A stretch of DNA of 64,000 nucleotides. Source: a virus. The notes under the pieces were generated by a model. That model worked only from the letters and a program-made list of their open reading frames with translations, made no database searches and had not been told where the DNA came from. The stretch spans positions 1-64,000 of the IMG/VR virus record IMGVR_UViG_3300028920_000055, one strand, 5' to 3'. A program made the translations under genes and the position numbers. Shown one piece after another: positions 36,413 to 46,471 of this stretch (positions are counted from its first letter, which is position 1; each line of letters begins with the position of its first letter).

Positions 36413-38221
36413 ATGCCGCCGAAAAAAGACAATGATGAAAATGCCGAAGTAGCCTATTTAACAGGGCTTTCAAAAGCATTTAATCAGCCTAATGATTACA
36501 GAAAAACGGCTGATGGTGATATTATCACGAGTCATGCTGGTGTTGTGGACGCTGGGCTTGATTCTTATGATGATATTTGGAAAGTAAAGCCGCCATCTGT
36601 CACAACTTTTTTCGGCACATTTGATTCAGATCCAAAGGATGCTTGGTTTTATGAGCCTTTATATCCAATACAACAGGATTTTGTAGAAGAAATGATGGGA
36701 GAAAATCCTCTTGTATGGAATATTAAATATGATGAAGGTCACGCCTTTTGGGGGAAAGGTGGCGGTAAAGATCGAACGATTGCAAAAATGTTAATATATG
36801 TAATTGTGAAATTACTTTGTATGCATAATCCACAAAAGGGGTTGGAAAAATATGTTGGTGAAGGTACATTGGGACATGACTGTCCTATCGATATTGCTAA
36901 TGTATCTAAAGATCAGATACAGGCTAAAGATGTGTTTTTCAAAAATTTTAAGGGAATACTTAAAAATGTACGAAATCCAGAAACAGGAAAAAATTTCTTT
37001 GTAGAGCAAGGTGTGGATATTCGAGAGGGACACGATGTACAAACTACAAATGTACAGTTCCCTCATAATATTGCTTGTCACTCCCTTAATAGTAAACAAT
37101 ACGCCGGAGAGGGTTTGACTTTGTTCCTTGTAGTTGCTGATGAGATTGGAGCATCTCCTACGATAAAGGTGCGGAGTCAATTAACAAGTATCAGAGAAAC
37201 ACTTGACTCTCGTTTTCCAAAAGTTGGGAAATTGATGTTGCTTTCTTTTAAATACGAGCTTAACTGTGCTATGAGTATCGAGTATAAACTTGGCTTGAAA
37301 GATAAAAGAGTGTATTCCTCCAAAGCTGCAACTTGGGAAGTCAATCCTAAGAAGCACAAAAAGAATTACAAGCGTCATTATGAGAGGAATCCAGAAAAAG
37401 CCAAGATGACATTCGAGTGTGAAGATCCAGCTGATGCTGGAGGTGGATATATAAAGCGAACATATATTATTCCGTGGAATTTAACTACCGAACAAAATCC
37501 TTTTATTGGAGAAACAATAACTACCAATTCTATTCTTTCGGTACAATTTAAAGAGTGGTTTTGGAATAAAATCGGAACCACACCTTGCGCTATTCATGTT
37601 GATTTAGCGAAAGGTGCTGTGGAAGAAGGTCAAGATTGTGCCGGGATTGCCATGAGCCATCCGGTACTATTAAACAGACGTATTCATCCCAAGATTTCAA
37701 GTTTTTTGGAATCTATGGGTTTTGAAATATCTGAATCCGATACTAAGGCACTTAAAAAAGGAATTGTGTTTGATTTTTATCTTCAATTAACGGCTCCACA
37801 AGGTGGAGAAATTCCTTTTGCTGATATTATTACATTTATAGCCGGATTGAAAACAAAAGGTGTAAATGTATTTAAGGTGACTTATGATGGTTGGCAAAGT
37901 GTCGGAGAAATTCAACGTATTAACAATCTTGGTATTTTAGCCGATAATCTATCCGTTGACAGAGATACAGGCCCATATGATACTTTAGTAGATTTATTGT
38001 ATTTAGGGCTTGCTCGTGGATATTTTCATCCAATTCTTTTTCGTGAATTAAAAGAATTGGAGAAATTAGAAAATGGTAAGATTGATCACCCTGAAATGTC
38101 TTGGCAAAGATTGGAAGAAGAAGGATATGAACTTGGATCCAAAGACGTTTCAGATTCTGTTGCTGGTTCGTGTTTTACTTCAATAAAAGAAATTCCAATA
38201 ACAAGTGGTATTGTATTCTAA
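36413..38221 (+). CDS. terL: terminase large subunit
   Basis: Walker A GKGGGKD, Walker B LVVADE, nuclease HVDLA, YDGWQS, KIDHP, KDVSDSVAG. Confidence 0.9.
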   Translation: MPPKKDNDENAEVAYLTGLSKAFNQPNDYRKTADGDIITSHAGVVDAGLDSYDDIWKVKPPSVTTFFGTFDSDPKDAWFYEPLYPIQQDFVEEMMGENPLVWNIKYDEGHAFWGKGGGKDRTIAKMLIYVIVKLLCMHNPQKGLEKYVGEGTLGHDCPIDIANVSKDQIQAKDVFFKNFKGILKNVRNPETGKNFFVEQGVDIREGHDVQTTNVQFPHNIACHSLNSKQYAGEGLTLFLVVADEIGASPTIKVRSQLTSIRETLDSRFPKVGKLMLLSFKYELNCAMSIEYKLGLKDKRVYSSKAATWEVNPKKHKKNYKRHYERNPEKAKMTFECEDPADAGGGYIKRTYIIPWNLTTEQNPFIGETITTNSILSVQFKEWFWNKIGTTPCAIHVDLAKGAVEEGQDCAGIAMSHPVLLNRRIHPKISSFLESMGFEISESDTKALKKGIVFDFYLQLTAPQGGEIPFADIITFIAGLKTKGVNVFKVTYDGWQSVGEIQRINNLGILADNLSVDRDTGPYDTLVDLLYLGLARGYFHPILFRELKELEKLENGKIDHPEMSWQRLEEEGYELGSKDVSDSVAGSCFTSIKEIPITSGIVF

Positions 38222-38231
38222 GGAGGATGTT

Positions 38232-38528
38232 ATGATACTCTCAACAGGAAAGTGTTACAAGTACAAAGATAAGTTGTATCATCTTGTCGGAGTGGATCCT
38301 GGTCCAAGAGATATTGGTTATCTCAAAGATCCAGCCGCCAAAGACAACCGAAAGTGGCATGTAAGGGTAAAGTTATCGCTGTTGGAGCCCATCGATGAAG
38401 ACAAGTTGTCTCTTTATTTGAAAGAAAAACACTTGCGTCCAGTGATTATGGACAAAGAAGATGAGGCGGCTTGGAAGAAATATCTCGCCGAATTGAGAGG
38501 CGACAAGGACATCATAAATGAATTCTAA
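38232..38528 (+). CDS. hypothetical protein
   Basis: TAAGGAGG RBS. Confidence 0.6.
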   Translation: MILSTGKCYKYKDKLYHLVGVDPGPRDIGYLKDPAAKDNRKWHVRVKLSLLEPIDEDKLSLYLKEKHLRPVIMDKEDEAAWKKYLAELRGDKDIINEF

Positions 38529-38541
38529 GGGGGAAATTACA

Positions 38542-38979
38542 ATGAGGGAAAGCGCAATAGCAACTGCCGGAGATGTAATATCCGGGATTGTTGATAGGAT
38601 TGATGCTGAAAAAAAGCATCCGCCCGGATGTCAATGTACAGAGTGCGTTGAAAGTATGTTTACTGGAAACATTGAACGCATCAAAGGCGGTAATGGGGAT
38701 TTGGATGAAAATCAAGAGCTGCTTAAACAAAGCCTTGAAACAGACGAAAAAGAGAGGGAGTTGGCCAATAAAAAGGCAATTGAAGGAGAAGGCAACAATA
38801 AATTGGCCAATTTCTCTCATATTATGAATGTCATTCTTGTCTATTTTACGGCTTCTGGAATTATGATCGCCGGTTTAAGTATGCTCGTAACATTGATTAT
38901 TAATCCAACAATCCAGACCAGTTTAGCTCATGCTGTAACTATGATTGTGTTAGGCATCATCAATGAGAGGATCAAATAA
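38542..38979 (+). CDS. membrane protein upstream of portal
   Basis: HPPGCQCTEC motif, two C-terminal TM helices. Confidence 0.55.
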   Translation: MRESAIATAGDVISGIVDRIDAEKKHPPGCQCTECVESMFTGNIERIKGGNGDLDENQELLKQSLETDEKERELANKKAIEGEGNNKLANFSHIMNVILVYFTASGIMIAGLSMLVTLIINPTIQTSLAHAVTMIVLGIINERIK

Positions 38980-40559
38980 TGAGTTTAGGATTTAACAAAG
39001 CGTTTACAATAGATGTTTCTACTGATCCTGCAACTCGAAAGGGCAAACTGGATAGCTCTGAGTTTTTACAGGGTGGTGCTGGAGTAGGTATTTATGGTGG
39101 TGGAAGAAGATTGGAAGGTGGAGATACTCCCAGCAAAGTGATGGTGACTGAGCTTGATTTTCCCACTATGGAAGCTATGTATCACGGAAACGTATGGGTA
39201 CGTGCTTGCATTGATAAAATAGTGAGAAGAGCCACCGCCGTAAAGCCAATGTTACGTCCCATTCTTAGAAAGCCTACAGAAAAGCCTAATCGTGTACAAA
39301 GAAAGAGAATGGATCAAATCGAACAACTATTGGCTGTTCCAAACGATATGCAGGAATCCCACGAAAGCATCCTAAAGAAGATTTTTACAGATGTATTAAT
39401 TTGGGATGCCGCTGGTTTGGAGCTGGTTGGAGACAATTCCGAAATAGATGAGATATATGCTGTAAGCGGTGATACAATTCGAAAGAATGTGGATGAAAGG
39501 GGGATTTTTCGAAGCCAAAGCAGAGCCTATATCCAAAAAGAGAATTATACGGGCAAAACAGTGGCTTCTTTTGCTGCTGACGAATTGTGTTACTTTATGC
39601 AATATCCAAGAGCAAAACGGGTGTACGGATTTTCTCCACTTGAATCTCTGCGTCAAACTGTAACATCTGAATTGTATGCCGCAGAATTCAATAAAAATCG
39701 ATTCGTCAACGATGCCACGCCAAGATTTGCAATGATGTTCGAGAATCTTGGAATGGGACAAGGTGAACCGGCTATCAAAAGATTACGTCAATGGTGGGAT
39801 CAAGAATTGAAAGGTAAACCCCACCGACCTATTCTTATTGGTTCCGAAAATGGTCAGATTAAATTCGAAAAAATTGGTCTGACCAATGAAGATATGCAAT
39901 TCCAAGAATATTCTCGTTGGCTTCTTTCAAAGATTATGGCCGTTTATCACATGCAAGCCGCCGTTCTTGGAGTAATCGAAATAAATCAAGGTCGCATCAA
40001 TGCATCTTATCAAGAGGAACAATTCAAAAAAGATGCTTTGCGCCCATTGTTACAGATGTATTCTAATCAATTTAACACTCTTCTCATCTGGTCAAATAGT
40101 AATTTAGGATATAACGATATTTATTTGACTTGGGAAGGATTAGATGCTCTGGATAGATTGGCGGAAGCCGAAATACACGAAATATATTTGCGATATGGAG
40201 TGTTTACCATTAATATGGTATTGAAAGAATTGGGTATGGAATCTGTTCCTTGGGGAGATGTTCCATACTTGCTTAATCAAATGCTCCCAATCGAAATGCA
40301 TCCGGAAGAAAAGCGCGAAACAGAGCCGGGACGTAAGCCTGGTGAAAAGCCTGAGCTATCCGAAACAACTTATGTTGACGAGAACGGAAAGCTCAATGTG
40401 GAGAAATGGTTAAGAGCCGGATTGACGAAAGGTGGGCTTATTCCAACAGGTTTGGAACGAGTGGAGAAGAGTGAATTGAAAGAAGCCATTTCTCGAATCA
40501 AACGAAATAGACAACAAATAAGATCGGCTAAAGTCATTGATTTCACGGAGTTGGAATAA
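38979..40559 (+). CDS. portal protein (HK97 family)
   Basis: WVRACIDKI, YGFSPLE, F.N.A.P, DMQF.E......I..V. Confidence 0.9.
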   Translation: MSLGFNKAFTIDVSTDPATRKGKLDSSEFLQGGAGVGIYGGGRRLEGGDTPSKVMVTELDFPTMEAMYHGNVWVRACIDKIVRRATAVKPMLRPILRKPTEKPNRVQRKRMDQIEQLLAVPNDMQESHESILKKIFTDVLIWDAAGLELVGDNSEIDEIYAVSGDTIRKNVDERGIFRSQSRAYIQKENYTGKTVASFAADELCYFMQYPRAKRVYGFSPLESLRQTVTSELYAAEFNKNRFVNDATPRFAMMFENLGMGQGEPAIKRLRQWWDQELKGKPHRPILIGSENGQIKFEKIGLTNEDMQFQEYSRWLLSKIMAVYHMQAAVLGVIEINQGRINASYQEEQFKKDALRPLLQMYSNQFNTLLIWSNSNLGYNDIYLTWEGLDALDRLAEAEIHEIYLRYGVFTINMVLKELGMESVPWGDVPYLLNQMLPIEMHPEEKRETEPGRKPGEKPELSETTYVDENGKLNVEKWLRAGLTKGGLIPTGLERVEKSELKEAISRIKRNRQQIRSAKVIDFTELE

Positions 40560-40662
40560 AACAACTCTAATAAGTTTGTAAAGTTGTCTTAGCTCTTTTA
40601 AATGTTATAAATTTTAATTATATTATAATCGTTATAAGTTAACTGCTCATAAGGGAACAAGG

Positions 40663-42360
40663 ATGCCTTACAGTTATCCCAACAATATACCATCTTGGGC
40701 TAAGAATCTGCCAACAGGTGCTCAGAAAAAGGCAATTTCTGCTTTTAATTCTGTTTTAAGGGACAATGGAACAGAAGAAGAAGCAAGAATAGCCGCTTGG
40801 GCAAATGTTAGGCGCGATTATAAAAAGTCTGGTGGTAAATGGGTGAAGAAAACTTTTTCAATCCAGATTGATGACATCGTCACCTTGGACGAGTTGACAG
40901 ATGACATCTTGGAGTTACCTGGTAAGTTACCCGTTGTCTGGATGAAATTGTTTAATGGCCTGGTTGAGAAACAAGTAAGTGTCCCCCTTGCGAGACAGAA
41001 GGTATGGGAAAGCATTAAAAAGTATGTGTATCAAACAAGGGATGGCAGTTGGAAATTCAAAAAACTGTTACCCGCCGAACGAATACTTTTTAATGACACG
41101 AACAAAGAGAGGGTTCCAAAGATGCTGATCTTTAAACAGTCAAATTCCAAAGATGGCCTCTTCAAAATGTTCATTCCTTTCCAAAAGGGTGTACAAACTG
41201 ACCCCACTGGGAAAAAATTCTTGAAGGGCATCGCTTCTGGTAATTGGGTTGATCGAGAATCCGATCAGATCATGCCCACTTTTATCAAGAAAATGCACAG
41301 TGTGGCTATTGGAAAGCCTGTCTTTGTAGATCACAAAAGAGATCAGGATCACTTAATCGGAAGTGTTGTAAAGTCAGATGGTGATGATGACAAGTTCATT
41401 CCCACCACTGAACTTGAAGATGCTTTCGATAAGGAAAACCAAGAGGGCAACATACAAGTATCCACTCTCTTGAAAAGAATGGATAGGGGAATTAAATTTG
41501 CCTATTCCATTGGCGGTAGAATAACCAAAGCCGCAAAAGTTTGGCGCGAAGATTTGAAAAAATTTGTGCGTCAAATTTACGATGGAGAGTTGTACGAAGT
41601 AAGTGTTGTTCCTGTTGGCGCCCTTCCTGGTTCCGATGTAGTCATGTTTTCCAAAAATCTCACTGACGAAATGTTCGAAAAAGATGAGTTGGACGAGGAA
41701 TTCGAACAACTTATGAAGAGTGCTGGTGTGGACATCTCTAAGATCGAAGGAGATGTGGAGGTTCCTGTCATTGGGAGAATGGAAGAAGATGATTACTTTT
41801 GGCTTGATTTTGATAAGGCTGTTGACGCTTTTTCCGATCTAAGTATGGATCAACCCAAAGTCGAGGATGTTGATGTAGATTCCTTGTCAAAAGAGTGTTT
41901 CATACTACAGAAGAGCAAAAGATTCCCTTACAAATTTAATGACAATGAAAGTGGGGAGAATCTGTTACATCTTGGATTGCTTGACAAGTCTTTCCAAGAA
42001 GCTCACGATCAAGCCAAACATGATTCAGAAGCCAAGCTGGCTTATGAGTTAATAAATGGTATCCGCAAGACTCTCGGCATCAAGGACAAATATTACAATT
42101 TCATCGATTTTCGGAAACTGTTGGTTGGCACAATCGGAGAAGCCATTGAGGCTCGTCAAGCAAGACAGAGGCTTTACGATGTGTTTGACGAATTCAACAG
42201 TTCTGTTTATCAAGTCATTTGGTCGGATGCATCTGTAGCCGAAAAGAAATCGGATATTGATGGATTGGCGGATCAATTGAAGAATGAGATTGATGAATTG
42301 TCGGTCGCTATGTCGCAAGAGGTTGTGGTTGCCATGAAATCGCTATCTGTTAAGGAGTAA
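40663..42360 (+). CDS. prohead maturation protease with N-terminal ChaB-like domain(s)
   Basis: MPY...LP..AQ....AFNS...AW..V (ChaB); GIAS...DRESD, FVDH, YSIGG, LYEVSVV (HK97 protease). Confidence 0.85.
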   Translation: MPYSYPNNIPSWAKNLPTGAQKKAISAFNSVLRDNGTEEEARIAAWANVRRDYKKSGGKWVKKTFSIQIDDIVTLDELTDDILELPGKLPVVWMKLFNGLVEKQVSVPLARQKVWESIKKYVYQTRDGSWKFKKLLPAERILFNDTNKERVPKMLIFKQSNSKDGLFKMFIPFQKGVQTDPTGKKFLKGIASGNWVDRESDQIMPTFIKKMHSVAIGKPVFVDHKRDQDHLIGSVVKSDGDDDKFIPTTELEDAFDKENQEGNIQVSTLLKRMDRGIKFAYSIGGRITKAAKVWREDLKKFVRQIYDGELYEVSVVPVGALPGSDVVMFSKNLTDEMFEKDELDEEFEQLMKSAGVDISKIEGDVEVPVIGRMEEDDYFWLDFDKAVDAFSDLSMDQPKVEDVDVDSLSKECFILQKSKRFPYKFNDNESGENLLHLGLLDKSFQEAHDQAKHDSEAKLAYELINGIRKTLGIKDKYYNFIDFRKLLVGTIGEAIEARQARQRLYDVFDEFNSSVYQVIWSDASVAEKKSDIDGLADQLKNEIDELSVAMSQEVVVAMKSLSVKE

Positions 42361-42365
42361 TTACA

Positions 42366-43097
42366 ATGCCGAAGCAAAAGATTGCCGGTAAGAAGATCAC
42401 CAAAACAGCAGACGAAGCCATCAACAAGATGCTGGAAAGTATCGCTGATGAGGCTTTGGGAAAGAGTGCCGATGATGGTGACGATGAGGAATATGTCACC
42501 ATGGATCAGTTGGAAGAGTTCGGCAAGGGTCTGCTGAAACAGGTGCTTGATGGAACAAAAGAGAAATTCGATGGTATCGAAAAGACTCTGAAAGCCATCA
42601 AGGACAGCGTGACCGATCAAACCGATGGTGATGAAGAGGATGATGAAGAGGATGAGAAGATCAACAAGAAAGCCAAGAAGTCCAAGTCCAAGGACAAGAA
42701 GGAGCTGAACAAGTCCAAGGATGAAGACGATGAAGATGAGGATGAAGACGAGGATGATGAGGATTGGGATGAAAAGGACAAGTCCTCCAAGAAGATCAAG
42801 AAGTCCAAGGACAAGAACAAGTCCAAGGATGAGGATGATGAGGATGAAGACACAGCTATCGAAAAGGCTGTGGAGAAAGTTCTTACCAAGGCACTTGGAA
42901 AAGGCGTTTCCGGTCGCAAGAGCCATGTCGTTGTCGATGGAAAGTTGGTGAAGTCTGTTGACGGCGAAGTGCCTGAAAATGCTGTAACAATCGATGTTGA
43001 TAACATCGATATGGAAGATTGGAACGCTCTGCCTGAAGAGACGAGGAACAAGATCGTTGCTCGTGAATTCAAAGAGCGAATGTTTGGTTCCAAATAA
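42366..43097 (+). CDS. capsid scaffolding protein
   Basis: Between protease and capsid; D/E and K low-complexity runs. Confidence 0.65.
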   Translation: MPKQKIAGKKITKTADEAINKMLESIADEALGKSADDGDDEEYVTMDQLEEFGKGLLKQVLDGTKEKFDGIEKTLKAIKDSVTDQTDGDEEDDEEDEKINKKAKKSKSKDKKELNKSKDEDDEDEDEDEDDEDWDEKDKSSKKIKKSKDKNKSKDEDDEDEDTAIEKAVEKVLTKALGKGVSGRKSHVVVDGKLVKSVDGEVPENAVTIDVDNIDMEDWNALPEETRNKIVAREFKERMFGSK

Positions 43098-43148
43098 TCT
43101 GGCTGCGGCCAGCACGGATATACTCGAACTGTGATGGAGGATGTAGTC

Positions 43149-44153
43149 ATGCCGAAACTCGGAACTCTGACAGATGCTATTCAGAAGGCATTGACCACAA
43201 CCGCTGGTAGTGGTGGTGACTTTCTGCCAACACCACTCGCGGCCACCTACATCGATCTTGTTCGGGATTTGACGGTTTTCCGTCAAGTGTTTCGTGTGAT
43301 ACCGATGCCCGGAAAGACTTTTGACTTTCCGAAAATTTTGAGTGGGCCGTCTGTGTATTACGAAAGCACAGAGCTTACTCAAGAGGCAATCGAAACCACA
43401 ATGACCACAGGTACAGTCAGGCTAACGGCTCGTAAGTTCATGGCCCAATTGAAAGCGTCTGAGGAAATCTTTGAAGATTCCTCGCAAAACATGGACGCTA
43501 TCATTCGGGAGCATTTTGCCCGCGCCATGGCCGAAGCTGAAGAGGAAACCTGCCTTGTTGGTGACAGAAGCCACACTGCGGCTTCTGGAACCGAAGCCGC
43601 AGCCACTGAAGCCAATTGGTACACTAAAGACCATAGGCTCGCGTGGAATGGAATCCTCACCCTCGCTGGGGACATTGTCGGAACACTTTCTGCCGGAAAC
43701 CGCGCCGCCAATCGTGTTGATTCGTCTGGTGCTGGAATGTCCACTGCCCTCATTCGTCAGCTTCTGTACAATCTCGGAAAGTATGGTCGCCGGATGAGCG
43801 ATATAGTGGTCTTTTGCAACCCCTGGTCGGTTAACCAGCTGTTGGACGATTCGAAACTGGTGACTCTTGACAAGTATGGCCCGAAAGCCACCATTTTCAC
43901 CGGTGAGTTTGGGAAGCTGTACGGAAAGATCACGATGATCAACAGCGATTGGTGTACTGACGGCTATGCCGTTGGTACGCACAAATCTAATGTGGTTCTT
44001 GGTGATCGCCGGAAGATCAAGCTCAAGAGCGAGGAAATGATTGAATACGATGCAAGACGTTTCGTCATTTCCCAGCGTGCCGATATGGCATGTGAACACC
44101 AAGACGCATTGTGCCAAATCCACGACCTGGATCAGCCGAGCACATGGAGTTAA
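43149..44153 (+). CDS. major capsid protein (HK97 fold)
   Basis: GGAGG RBS; ALTT..GSGGDFLP, LTARK, SEE..EDS, GILT. Confidence 0.9.
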   Translation: MPKLGTLTDAIQKALTTTAGSGGDFLPTPLAATYIDLVRDLTVFRQVFRVIPMPGKTFDFPKILSGPSVYYESTELTQEAIETTMTTGTVRLTARKFMAQLKASEEIFEDSSQNMDAIIREHFARAMAEAEEETCLVGDRSHTAASGTEAAATEANWYTKDHRLAWNGILTLAGDIVGTLSAGNRAANRVDSSGAGMSTALIRQLLYNLGKYGRRMSDIVVFCNPWSVNQLLDDSKLVTLDKYGPKATIFTGEFGKLYGKITMINSDWCTDGYAVGTHKSNVVLGDRRKIKLKSEEMIEYDARRFVISQRADMACEHQDALCQIHDLDQPSTWS

Positions 44154-44179
44154 TGTGCTGATGTAGTGATTCTGAAACT

Positions 44180-44213
44180 GATGGGCCTCTGTAAAGGGGC
44201 CCATCTTTCTTTT
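44180..44213 (+). terminator. intrinsic terminator after capsid gene
   Basis: GATGGGCCTCT-gtaa-AGGGGCCCATC-TTTCTTTT. Confidence 0.8.
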
Positions 44214-44230
44214 AACTGTTGAGGAAAGAC

Positions 44231-46471
44231 ATGAACAGACCAGAAGAAGGTGGTTTTATTTCGGGCAGTAAAAACATTATCAATGTAGGCCCGGAAGGAA
44301 AGAAAAAGGCGTATCCATCAGGAATCATTGATACAAAATCATTGGTGGTTCCGAACGAATCTGCTATTGATGGATCTAATATTTCTATTGGACAAGATGA
44401 CACTCATTTTATGATTAAATTGTCCAAAGATTTTCTTGTGTCAGCCAGCAGAGAAGATGTTTTAAATTTAGTAAAAATGGCCTTATCCCCTATGTTTCTC
44501 TCCTTACCAAAAGATGATGCTATTCAAAAAGATATTGATGAAGAAAAGAAAAAACCAATTTCCGGCAAAGGAATTGCTATTTTTATGGACATGTTGTCAC
44601 ATTATACTGGCGGAAGATATAGTGTGGTACATCAAGGGGTGCTGCTCGCAGAAAATTTTGAAGTAACAATCGTAGCCAATCGAGAAATCCCATTTTTAAA
44701 AGATTTTAGGAACTATCCCGGCTATAACAATTTAAAAGTCGTAGTGGATTCTCAGTGGAGAATGAATGAACCTGAAAATCCTTATTTTCTTGTAATTGGA
44801 TTGCCCGTAGACGCTGCCCAATATGCTTATGTTTATTGTCAAAAATGGAAAATTCCTTTTTTCTGCTATATGTTTGAAAGTCCCAATTATGTATCTGAAT
44901 ATCGATCTGGCCCTGATTCTACAGAGGATTTTTGGGCTAATTTTAAAAAAGTGATAGAGAAAGCAGATGTTCGTCTTTCTCCCAGTGAAATAAGCAGTAA
45001 ATATTTACAAGATTGGATCAAATTGTATGATAATAGCTTTCATGTCGTATATCCTTGTATGAATACTCTCGTGGCAGATAAAGCCGCCGAAAGACCAATC
45101 AAAGAATACGATAAAGACCTTGTGTATGTTTCTCGAATGACTTCTTTTAAAAATCCATTGACTATCATTAAAGAGTTAGATCGAAGAAATTACAGCGGAA
45201 CTTTACATATCATTGGAAAGATTTGGCAAGATAATGCTATTCCAGTCGATGCTTTCAAGAATGTTAAGATAAAAATACATGGTCAATTGGATGATTATGA
45301 AAAGTTTCGCATTATTGCTTCTTGCAAAGCATTGATTTTCCCAAGCAAATTCGAAGGTTTTGGTATGCCACCAATGGAGGCACTGTATTTTAATAAACCT
45401 GTAATTTGTTATCGATTGCCTGTATTGGAAGAGGTGTACGGAGACCACCTTGTTTATGTGGACGGAAATTATCGAACTTTTGTATCAAGAGTGTTCGAAG
45501 TATTAAAGAATTATCAATTATACATTCCAAATTGGAAGCCTCCATTTTCTTCTCCGGATGCTTGTAAGAGAAAATTGCTTAATATAATCCCCAAGCGAAA
45601 AATGCAAAAAGTATCTGTAGGAATTTTGGCTTTTAATTGTAATGATTATTTGCCATACGTTATAAAATCTTGTTATGACGAAGTGGATGAAATAGTCATT
45701 TGTGAAGGGCCAGTAAAAGGATTCGAATATGGTGCTACAGAAGAATATCACAGCTCCGATGGTACTTGGGAGTGGCTCACGGATGATACTGGTCTCGGAA
45801 TTGAAGATCCAAAGAATAAAGTTAGAATTATAGCAAGAAATGATAAAAGAGCTTGGTATGATAAAATAGAAATGCAGAACGCTATTGCGGAACGAGTAAC
45901 AGGAGATATTTATATCAAGATGGATTCCGATGAAGTTTGGGATCCAAGAACAATAAGGTCTGTTGTAGAATATATGATTATGAATAAAAATGTAGATATT
46001 ATTCGAATGCCTTTTCTACATTTTTGGACATCTTTTGATAAAGTCGCTGTGGATGCTGGTGGTAAATGGGGAACTTGTCACCCACGAATATGGAGATGGC
46101 GCAGAAGTTTCCGACATCGTAAAACATTTAATGCTTTTCAAGATACTGCTCACGATAATAGAATGGTAGCAGAACCATTCTTTGTTGAGCATACTTGGGA
46201 GGCTGAAGAGGGTGTAATATTTCATTTTGGTTATGCGAGAAAATTATACTATGTGAATCAAAAATTGAGATATTATGCCGGAAGGCAAATAGAAAAAGTT
46301 GTAAAAACTGGTACATACGAGAATTGGAGAACACTTAAAGATTCTACCCAACCTACACAAAATGTTAGAAGTTGGGCTGTCAAATTTAATAAGGAATTGT
46401 TGCCTCCAATAATGAAGGAGCATCCTTATTACGAGATAGACGACATAAGGAAACTGGAAGATGAAGGATAA
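44231..46471 (+). CDS. bifunctional glycosyltransferase (GT4/GT-B + GT2/GT-A)
   Basis: FPSKFEGFGMPPMEA (GT4); second domain with SSDGT and MDSDE. Confidence 0.85.
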   Translation: MNRPEEGGFISGSKNIINVGPEGKKKAYPSGIIDTKSLVVPNESAIDGSNISIGQDDTHFMIKLSKDFLVSASREDVLNLVKMALSPMFLSLPKDDAIQKDIDEEKKKPISGKGIAIFMDMLSHYTGGRYSVVHQGVLLAENFEVTIVANREIPFLKDFRNYPGYNNLKVVVDSQWRMNEPENPYFLVIGLPVDAAQYAYVYCQKWKIPFFCYMFESPNYVSEYRSGPDSTEDFWANFKKVIEKADVRLSPSEISSKYLQDWIKLYDNSFHVVYPCMNTLVADKAAERPIKEYDKDLVYVSRMTSFKNPLTIIKELDRRNYSGTLHIIGKIWQDNAIPVDAFKNVKIKIHGQLDDYEKFRIIASCKALIFPSKFEGFGMPPMEALYFNKPVICYRLPVLEEVYGDHLVYVDGNYRTFVSRVFEVLKNYQLYIPNWKPPFSSPDACKRKLLNIIPKRKMQKVSVGILAFNCNDYLPYVIKSCYDEVDEIVICEGPVKGFEYGATEEYHSSDGTWEWLTDDTGLGIEDPKNKVRIIARNDKRAWYDKIEMQNAIAERVTGDIYIKMDSDEVWDPRTIRSVVEYMIMNKNVDIIRMPFLHFWTSFDKVAVDAGGKWGTCHPRIWRWRRSFRHRKTFNAFQDTAHDNRMVAEPFFVEHTWEAEEGVIFHFGYARKLYYVNQKLRYYAGRQIEKVVKTGTYENWRTLKDSTQPTQNVRSWAVKFNKELLPPIMKEHPYYEIDDIRKLEDEG

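Noticed and set aside
43095-43149. Stop-codon readthrough fusing scaffold and capsid (same frame)
   Set aside because: The capsid gene has its own GGAGG RBS and ATG at 43149; TAA is a poor readthrough codon, and frame identity has a 1-in-3 chance
42273-44204. Long minus-strand ORFs (369 aa, 260 aa, 177 aa)
   Set aside because: Antisense shadows of the scaffold and capsid genes caused by codon bias and low complexity; no recognisable motifs
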